Below are positions 53,267 to 62,500 of a stretch of DNA of 64,000 nucleotides, one piece after another; the first letter of the stretch is position 1, and every line of letters starts with the position of its first letter. The stretch lies in IMG/VR virus record IMGVR_UViG_3300043570_001980, positions 124,001-188,000 of that record. One strand, written 5' to 3'. The position numbers were made by a program, and so were the translations under genes. The notes beneath the pieces were generated by a model. It ran no database searches, was not told the origin of the DNA, and saw only the letters and a list, made by a program, of their open reading frames with translations.

Positions 53267-54253
53267 TTAAGATACTGTTGCAGCCACAGTTGGGGTTCCC
53301 CAGGCGGCCGTAGTAAGATAAGTTGTTGATGGTGGAATATACGATACCAGTGTAGCCGGAGCAGAGCCAAAAGATACACCAGAGCTGTCAGTCCCGCCAC
53401 TGATGTTATCAGGACCAAAGCTACTGCCCGGATCAACCCAGGTTGTTGTTAATACCAACTGTGTTCCTGATCCAGCTGTTCTAGCATTAAGTTCAATATA
53501 TTGATTGGTATATGGTGCAGTATCAGCAAACTGTTTATATAGTACAGTATTACTGGTTGTTAATTGATACCATCCAGTGGTAGTTGCTAGTGTAGTAGGC
53601 GATCCTGATCCACCAGATTTTGTAGTGCCAGTATAACTTGTGCCATTGATAGTCTGGGCGGCACTATTAACTCGTCCTGTGATAAAAATACTACCGCACA
53701 GGGTTGAAGCCAAGTCATTCCATTCAGTATCAGCAACTGTGCCAGTTGACGACTTGCCAACTTGCCATTTAACTATGCCGCCAGCATTCCAAAAGTAACG
53801 TGCGGCATCTGCTGATGCAAATGTAACAGTATTAGTAAATGTAATTGTCCAAGCAGACGCACCTGAACCAGTTCCTGAAGTTTTTGCACTTGTGCCTGTC
53901 CAGGCAGTATACTGAGTTCCACTGCCGACTGCATTACCTCTGTTGGTGGTTAAATTGGTCAAGTCTGTGTTTAAATTTGATAAGATGTTAATTGTATCAC
54001 CAGCAGTAGGCGCTGATCTCGATGTAATTCCTGTGCCTTGGTGGCTGGCCATGCTTGATATGTTATTAACCAGTGTTGCCCACTGAGTGGCTGATACTAT
54101 TCCCAAGGCACTCACTGTTGACACAGCACTCTGACCGTATCCCTTGTCAGTTGACCCTGCCGCCCAAATATCGTTAACGTTGGCACCTGCTGTAGTGCTA
54201 ACAAAACCGTTGTAGTCGGTTGCCTGAATTAATCCACCTGATGAGTACGTCAT
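53267..54253 (-). CDS. Virion structural protein (tail/baseplate-associated)
   Basis: Thr/Gly/Ser-rich; GYGQ, TVTFASADAARYFWNAGG. Confidence 0.7.
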   Translation of the reverse strand: MTYSSGGLIQATDYNGFVSTTAGANVNDIWAAGSTDKGYGQSAVSTVSALGIVSATQWATLVNNISSMASHQGTGITSRSAPTAGDTINILSNLNTDLTNLTTNRGNAVGSGTQYTAWTGTSAKTSGTGSGASAWTITFTNTVTFASADAARYFWNAGGIVKWQVGKSSTGTVADTEWNDLASTLCGSIFITGRVNSAAQTINGTSYTGTTKSGGSGSPTTLATTTGWYQLTTSNTVLYKQFADTAPYTNQYIELNARTAGSGTQLVLTTTWVDPGSSFGPDNISGGTDSSGVSFGSAPATLVSYIPPSTTYLTTAAWGTPTVAATVS

Positions 54254-54274
54254 TTTCTGTTGTCCTAGTTATTT

Positions 54275-55705
54275 TTATTTGGTTGCAACAATGGCTTCCA
54301 CTGTGCCTTCGTTGATGTCTAATTTGTCTTCCAAGGAACGACCGATAACATTAAATGCTGACGCTTCTCCAGGTTTGGCTGAACGAGCTAACCCAAAACC
54401 TGCTGAAACTAATCTGTCGCCTTTACGAACCATACCAACCACACGAACCGGAACTCGACCTGTCATTGCAATTGGTGGATGTGTTTCGTCTGTGCCGGCA
54501 GCTGAATTCATTAGATAGGCTGCTTGTGTACTTATAACACCAAACACATTTTCTGACAATTCAGTAAGAGAAACAGTGATTTCGGCAATGCCGCCGAGCT
54601 CAACAACTGTTCCAGCTGGGTAGGTAGTGTCTGAAGCAAAACGTTCAGCAACGTCAGCATATTGAGCTGAAGTAGCCTTGGCAAATACAGTATTAAAGTA
54701 ACCACTGCTTGAACCAATATTGCCAACACCGTTGCCGGCAGCATTGACAATGCTACCAAGCGTCACAGAACCAGTGGTTACACTTAGGTTTCCACCAGTG
54801 ACATTACCTGTTACTGCAAGAGTGGTTGGAATAGACACAGCAGAAGTTGCACCATTTACTGCCAGTACTGTGGTTACTACGCCTCCATCATTGACTTTGA
54901 GTGTTAGGTTGGCATCTTGTGTTTGATTCTGAAGAACAACTTCTGAAGTGGCTGTTGTAACAGAAATCTTTGCATCCTGGTCAGCGCCGACAGTTAACCC
55001 TGTGTCATTTAAGATACCCAGTGTTCCTGAAGTTGTATCATTGCTGACGGCACTTAAAAAGTCTGTGCTGTCAAGTCCATCTAGAGTTTGTGCATTAGTA
55101 GCACTTCCACGGAACAATGCGCTTGTAACAGTGGTGCTTAGTTGTATACCTGGACCAACTGTGCTGAATCCAGTGATTGCAACTTGGGGAGTGAATGTTG
55201 CATCTTTTGAAACAATACCAACAACAGTATCTTCAACGTATAGTTTAACAACCACGTGATCTATTGAAACGTTATCTGTTACTGTTTCGACCACAGCACC
55301 CGACGTTCCTTGGCCAGCAGTTGATGCTGGACCAATTAAAATAAAGGCGCTACCGTTGTAGGCTTTAAGTTGTTGATTTACTGTGTCAAACCATAAATCT
55401 CCAGCTACGTTACTAGTTGGTGCTGTAGAACTTGCAGTTGAAGCTGAGATAACTTTAAATGTTGTACCATTGTACACTTTCATTGTGGCGGTAGTTTTAT
55501 CCCACCAAAGTTGTCCAGTTAAAGGTGCACCTGGTGCAACAGTATTTGCTCCACTTTCTAACAAGTGTATAAAGTTTTCGTCTAAAAACTCACCGTAACC
55601 AGCATAGTTTTTACCCACTAGGGTCATGCTAGAACTAGTATTGATGGTACCATCTGCAATTGTTGCAAAGATTGATCCATCAGTTAAATTGATTGTATAT
55701 GCCAT
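54275..55705 (-). CDS. Tail fibre-like protein with a C-terminal chaperone-type domain
   Basis: LVGKNYAGYGE..ENFIHLLE, G(Q/D)LW(W/F)D repeats, SAQYADVAERF...GRVPVRV. Confidence 0.75.
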   Translation of the reverse strand: MAYTINLTDGSIFATIADGTINTSSSMTLVGKNYAGYGEFLDENFIHLLESGANTVAPGAPLTGQLWWDKTTATMKVYNGTTFKVISASTASSTAPTSNVAGDLWFDTVNQQLKAYNGSAFILIGPASTAGQGTSGAVVETVTDNVSIDHVVVKLYVEDTVVGIVSKDATFTPQVAITGFSTVGPGIQLSTTVTSALFRGSATNAQTLDGLDSTDFLSAVSNDTTSGTLGILNDTGLTVGADQDAKISVTTATSEVVLQNQTQDANLTLKVNDGGVVTTVLAVNGATSAVSIPTTLAVTGNVTGGNLSVTTGSVTLGSIVNAAGNGVGNIGSSSGYFNTVFAKATSAQYADVAERFASDTTYPAGTVVELGGIAEITVSLTELSENVFGVISTQAAYLMNSAAGTDETHPPIAMTGRVPVRVVGMVRKGDRLVSAGFGLARSAKPGEASAFNVIGRSLEDKLDINEGTVEAIVATK

Positions 55706-55732
55706 TTTTAATTCACTCCATCCTGATAATAG

Positions 55733-55740
55733 TATTTATA
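55733..55740 (-). promoter_or_regulatory. T4-like late promoter TATAAATA
   Basis: Upstream of the tail fibre gene with a GGAG SD. Confidence 0.6.
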
Positions 55741-55760
55741 GCAGAATTCTCTACTCATAT

Positions 55761-56366
55761 TTATGCTGAACTCAAGTTAGTTAGAGTCTGGATTCGTACA
55801 GTATAGTCGATTTGAATCTGCCTATTCAAACTCTTTTGTACTGGGTGAAAAATAACATGAGTAATTAACATCAAGTTATCATTTGCACCTTCCCAGGCTT
55901 TTAATCCTAGTTCGTCAAACACAAATTCGCCATTGAAATTAGTTGAATTATCAAAGGCCTGTTGTCCAGCTGGCTCACCGTAGTCTAGTAAACAAGTTAC
56001 TAAAACGTCGGTATAAACTTTGCCAGATGTATGTAAAACTGTTAAATTGTTTCTTGTTGGATCCGTGTTAGCAGGAGAATTATTATCTACTACTTTTAGG
56101 TATGTTTGATTATATAAGTCAGCATTTTGTCCGGTGGTATTTGGCGGCAAATATGTAATTACACCTGTGGGGTCTACGGATGCTCCACCATTACCAAATG
56201 CCATGGCATAGATGAAACCAAGATTTTTATTGGCAATGCTCTGTGCCAGCGCAATACTCATATTTTCATAATGAATAGCATTATGCTTGTCTACAAATAT
56301 TTCTTTAGAATTAGGATCGTGGATCTTTAAGAATCCTTCGACCAAAACAGGACCCAAAGACATCAT
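55761..56366 (-). CDS. Virion structural protein (baseplate-associated)
   Basis: NAIHYEN, FDELGL, THVIFHPVQKSLNR; structural gene context. Confidence 0.7.
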   Translation of the reverse strand: MMSLGPVLVEGFLKIHDPNSKEIFVDKHNAIHYENMSIALAQSIANKNLGFIYAMAFGNGGASVDPTGVITYLPPNTTGQNADLYNQTYLKVVDNNSPANTDPTRNNLTVLHTSGKVYTDVLVTCLLDYGEPAGQQAFDNSTNFNGEFVFDELGLKAWEGANDNLMLITHVIFHPVQKSLNRQIQIDYTVRIQTLTNLSSA

Positions 56367-56515
56367 GCTCGTTTCTCCACAAAAGTTTCTTTAGTGTTTG
56401 GGTCAAATATTTTGATATGACCTTCTATGCTGAACGCCCCGGTTTCGTTGGGTTTTGGAGCAGGATTTTGCGCCTGCTGTCCAGCGGGTTTATTTGGTTG
56501 CGTTTGTTGAATCAT
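56363..56515 (-). CDS. Small protein (50 aa, not in the ORF track) resembling the N-terminus of the downstream gene
   Basis: MIQQTQPNKPAGQQAQNPAPKPNETGAFSIEGHIKIFDPNTKETFVEKRA; ATGA coupling. Confidence 0.7.
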   Translation of the reverse strand: MIQQTQPNKPAGQQAQNPAPKPNETGAFSIEGHIKIFDPNTKETFVEKRA

Positions 56516-56531
56516 ACTTTATTTACCACGT

Positions 56532-59500
56532 TTATTCACCCATGATAAACCTTGCTGCCTGCGTATTGGTAACTTGTAGTGCTTGCCCGTTGCTTGCAGT
56601 AGTTGTTCCTGGTTCGTACCAACTCTTTCCTTGACGTACTCGTATAGAAACTTGATAATTTTGCACAGGTGCGGTATTGAACTCAACAGTAACCGGCGCA
56701 ATAGAAGTTACTGTGTATCCACCAGCTTGTAGTGTTCCTGCAACATACACCTGTACAGCATTTTCAAGTAAGTCTATATCTCCAGTCAAGCTGATGTTTT
56801 CTGCAACAAACACAGTTTGGGTACCAGCAGATAGGTAATTTTGATAAACTATTTTATCTTGATATTCCAATGGCAGGGCATTTGAAAAACCTGAATTAAT
56901 TACATCATCTCCAACGGAGTGACTGGCAACAGCAGTACCGGCTGTGCCTCGACGCAGACCGCTGATGGTGTTTAATCCTGTGTCTTTAGATCTGTAGGTA
57001 ATTCGTTCACCTTCGATTATTACAATACCAAAAATACCATTTGGTAAATCTGGATCACTTAAATGTGACGCATCATCAACATAAATTATGTCAGCATTTT
57101 CCTGTACCGACTGTACTAGAACAGTTGACGTGTTGGTAGTGACTCGATAGGTAGTTTGTAGGCCTCTCATGTCTTGGAATATACGGAATTCAGTGCCGCC
57201 TGGGATAACGCTGTCTGTATAACTAGCAATAGTCACAACTGAGGCAGCGCCAATTGGTGGGCCTGCAATGATAATGTATTGTCCGTCAACATAATAGTCA
57301 TTGTTTTCAAACAAGTATCTTCCGTCAAGTGTTACGCTCACGCGGGCGCCGTTGGCAATAGGTCTACCAGTATCAAATTTATTAGTTTGAATTAAAATAC
57401 CTTGGCTATAATCATACGACCCTGGATCATTATTAATTGTTCCTAAATCATAGACTGTTTCGTCATAACTTTCTGTTATCACTGCGCCTTGTGTTTCAGG
57501 ACCAACAAACACCTGAGTTAACAATTCTTGTTGTGCTGTATCGTTAAATGTTGTAACACTGATTACATCGCCAAGCACTGGGATAACTCCACCATTGGGT
57601 TTGAAGATCAGTTGGTTGCCGTTGAGGTAATACGGAGATGCAGTTCTGACTGAGATTAACACCGTTGATCCTATGGCAGGCAATGAACTCAGAGTAATAG
57701 TTCTATCGTTTCCAGCAACATACGGATCAACTACATAACCAACTCCAAGAATTAACGGTACTGTGTCAATGTAAACTGCTACATCGTTGTCAGCCACTAG
57801 TGATTGACTATATGCTCCTCGACTTGGCAAATAATACTGTAGACTTGATCCATCTGAAATATATTCGGCCCCTTCGGCTGGTCTTACTCGAATACCATTT
57901 TTCTCAACAATGATGTTTGCTGGATTAGTTCCTGACAAACTCTCAGATAGTGTAAACGATAGTGCTGTTCCATTAGACACAAAATATTGTGTCAGTGGAG
58001 TGCTCCATTGATATGTGTAGTTTGTGGTACCAGCTGTGTACCCCATTGCAGTTACTACCACAAGGTCGGACACTTGATAGGTATTGTTCAATGTCAACAA
58101 TGTTGATGGCAGACCGCGAACATCTGCTGTGGGTGTAAATGTAAAGTCTGTGTCTAATTCTCCATTGACAAAAATTGCAAATGTTGCTATTAAACTATAA
58201 CCAATTGGAATTACAATTCCGTTATTGACCACTGCACCATTAAATGCATATTTGTACAATTGATTGCCGCCACCAATGCCGTATACGCTGATAGAAACAT
58301 TATCACCAGTGGAAATATTTGATGTAACTGTTATTGTTCTTGCTACCCAATTAACAATATAGTGGTCTCCAAGAATCAACTGTTGCCCAGTTGTTGCATT
58401 CCACACACGTACTTGATCTGGATAATCAACCAGGCCAGCAAAACTGAAGTTATTGTCAATGCCGTCATATGCGTAGGCAACATCAACTTTTGGGAATCCA
58501 TGCCCGTTAAGGTCCCAGTCTGATCCAGGCGTAGTTACCACACGAATGTCCAGAGTGTCAAAAATTGCACCTGGTACTAATTCTTCTGGGGCATAACTTG
58601 AATAAGTGTCAATAAATTCTCCGCCAACTACATTGACATCAGTTGGACGAATGCCCAGATAACTGTCTATAAATTCGCTTTCATAGATTGCATCAAGTAT
58701 AGAAGGGTCATAACTTGGCTGTCCGTCAGGTCCAACTGAGATGTTATCAAACGGGTTAATATCATAATTACCAACATCGTACCCTGTATTTGATGCAAAG
58801 CTGGGCGCGGCAACTTGTACTCCAGGATACGTTACTCCTGAGATTAATAGTCCAAGATCAAGTCCTGGTTCATTGGCAGTTGGAACATAATATCCCATGG
58901 TACGGTCAGCACCTTGCAACTCACCAGCTGGTCTTATCTCCCACTCTGATGGGTCAAATGTACTGCTTTGCACTCCTGTGCTGTCGCTTGAATCAGCTAT
59001 CCAAACACGATTATCATAACGCACTAATGTGCCGTTGCTGTAATTAACGTTGGGTTCCCAAGCAACCACTATACTGCTGTATTGACAACGATCGTATTTA
59101 ATTGTGGTGGTTAACTCACGCACCATTGCGTTGCCCATCACAGCAACAACAATGGCACCAGATCCGTTGCCGCCAGACAAGGTAATAATTGCAGTGGTTT
59201 GATATCCAACGCCTGGATTGATAATTTCAATTGCAACCACTTGACCGGCACTATTGATTAATGCTGTCATCACTGCTGGCGTCTGGCAATCACCTGTGAC
59301 AATTACATCAGGTGCAATGGTATAACCCGAACCGCCATTGACAATGGTAACATCTTCTATGCTTAATAGATAATTATTAACCCACTGAGTAAACGGCCAG
59401 GTTGACCACACTGGGTCAGTAATAGGAGCCAGTGATTCTGAGTCAGAATAAATTAGGCCGTTGTACTCGAGTATTGGACTGATAAATTTATTCAGAGCTG

Positions 59501-62500
59501 TGTTATAGTATGCTGGAACGTCAAAGTCAGTCAAGTTGCCTTGGAAAATATCGTCTCCTTGGTAACGCAGGTTAAACTCTCTGATCTGTGTGTGGTAGGG
59601 TTTTACTTCTTGAATATAGTTTAACACAAAGTCTTGATTGTCCGCACGGTAAACCTGGTATGGTTCAAGATTACGCACAGTATGATCAACGTCAATTAAA
59701 CTGGTCTTGGTTAGCCAAAGTGGTGCTTCTTGTTCAGATAATATATAATTAAACATTAATATCAATAGACGATTACGTTCAATTAATAAATCACCAACAA
59801 ATAATTCTTGATTTATACTCTGTATAATTTTGCGTGTTTCGGTAACTGGTTCTTGGTCGTAATATTGAGCATCAAAAACCTCAACGTCAAATCCAAAACG
59901 TCCAATTGAGTAATTCCATAGCGTGGCTGAAAATTCAATTGTTCCGTCTTGCAATCCAACTCTATTCCACACTCCATTTTCAAGCAAATAAATTTCCCAT
60001 TTGCCCTGAGCATTTGCAGTAACTTTAATACTACTTCCATTAGGAACTGAAATTGTTGTTAACGCAGAATATGTTGGGACTTCTATTAAAATTCTAGTCA
60101 ACGGGTTATAACCCGGAAGGTACCAGTCGATATAATTCCAATATTTTTTAGTATTATAACTTTGTACACGAACCAACGACAATACTTTCTCTCCTGGGAT
60201 AAATCCCGGAGTTGTTTCGTAGATTGTCCATAAACCATTGTTGGTACTATCGCTGTCTACTAGATACGTGTATCCATACGGTACTTCGGCCAGATTCTGA
60301 TAGCTTAATTCTTCAATATTGGCAACACGTTTATCCCATGTGCCAGAAGCCACCGACGGCTGTGGTTCTTCGCTGTTTAACAAAGATAAATTTCTGTTTT
60401 CAGAAATTGGATACTGAGCTAAAATTATATTACTACGTTGCAGATAGTTTTGTAAAGCCAAAAATCTGTTGACAAACATACTCTGGCGTGGGCGAAACTG
60501 AACGCCATATTGGTCGCTTGGGCTCAAGAACGGGTCAGGTACAGGACTACCTGCGGTGTCTTCTCCACAGAAACTGTCTTGTAGTTTACGATACAGTGAA
60601 TCAATCAAGAAACCATCAGGACGATCTTGAGGGATCAACTGATACTCAATGTGAATTTCGTTTTCTGTTCGTTCTCTGTCAAATTCAACGTGTAGCACAG
60701 TATCTTGTGCTGAAATAAAATCCAGGCCGTTGTAAATTGCAATAGTGCTTGCATTAATTGGAGCAATGTATGGAATTCCACTGGCACGTGGATTTTCAAT
60801 GTATCGTGTGATTGCTTCAGGACTTAGTGTTTTTCTTGCAGTCTTACTAACTGTGGTAATTCCTTTTACCCAGAAGTAATAAGTTGTAACAAACACACCT
60901 TGCTCATTCAACGAAGAAGTGACTACATATTGGTCAGTGGCATACACAGTTCCTGGTCCTGTATAGTTAACTGGTGCTACATCAGTGGCAGTCCACTGGT
61001 AAACATCAACAGAGCTACCTGGGAAAATCTGTCCCCATCGTCGACTTGCATATACAATATCGTCCTGGTTGGGGTCAATGAATCGAACATTGGTTGTGTT
61101 CCACCAGATTTTTCCAACACGTTCCTGAGCCCAACTACTTCCATAATTATTCACTGTGCCAACATTATATGCGGCAGGATCAACTGCTCCTGTGTAATCA
61201 ATGTTCTGTTCAATTACTCCCAACATTCGTCCCTGCAATGGATTAAAGTAGTCAAAATAATTCTTGGCAGCACCAGTCACACGATCATACATGAATACTG
61301 TGTTCATTGATGCTATATCAACCATTGGTTGTTGAATATGTTTAACTGCCCAGGCCTGTGATCTTGTTGGGTTTTCGATCTGCAATACTTTACCATAGTT
61401 AACCTGGCTATCGCCTAGATCTGCACCGGGTGCTCCAATAAAAATATGCCCTGAAGTATAATCGACTGCCGCTCCTAGTGCATCTAGTGGCTGAATTGTA
61501 TCTTCAAATATCTGCTGACCAAATACCCATTTTCCAGGATTTGTGGCACTTGGGTTGGCCGACGGCAAGAAATCATACTCGTAGACAACTCCGCTTTGTT
61601 TAACAGGATCAAAGAAATTACTGCTGTAATCATCAAAGTACGTGGTGCCATTATCAAATGTTGTTGGTGCAACAATTGATCCATTTGGTGCGCCAATGAT
61701 TAACATTGTACTTTCGGTGTTGATAGAAATTGCCTTGCCAAAATTAGCATAATCTTGTATCACTGGCGGTGAGATATCTTGCAACCAGACATACGTATTA
61801 ATTCCAAGACTATCAAATAAAGTACCATGACATGGTAATACTGTTAGTCTATAAGAAGGAGTTGATGCTTCAAAGTTTTTAACTCCAATGGTTAATCTTC
61901 CTGCTACAACTCTGATGGGATCGTATAACCCAGGAGCAAGCATGAATGTAATCTGTTTGTTATCACTGCTATAAGTGTAGTTAACATTCAACGTTTGCAA
62001 TACATTTCTTACATACACCACCGGGGTGTACGAATATGCGTCTGAGTATATGTTTCCAACATCAAATATTTTTGTTGTTCCATCTCCAAATAATTCAACA
62101 TCAGGAATAGTCAAAACTGTCACATTTGGAATGTCAGCGGCAATAATATCGTCTGCTAACTCTGCAACAGTTGTTCCTGAGCACTCGACCACAGTATTGT
62201 TAATACGTATAGAATCTCCCGGAGTCAATGTTGGATTGGCCACAGTAGTGGTGGTGGTTCCGTACATTCCGCTCTGATTAATGTAATATTCAACTGCGCC
62301 ACCCTGTGGACTACGATCGCCATTTAATGGCGCTCCCACAAACAAATTACAACCACTTAAACATTGTTCAACTGTGTATCCAAAATTAGCAAATGCTGGT
62401 TGATCTTCATCTTCAACAGTTTGGATTAGATTAAATTGATTTGTATCAATTTCTATGATGTCACCAACATTTAACGCGGCTGTGATTGTTACAGTATTTC

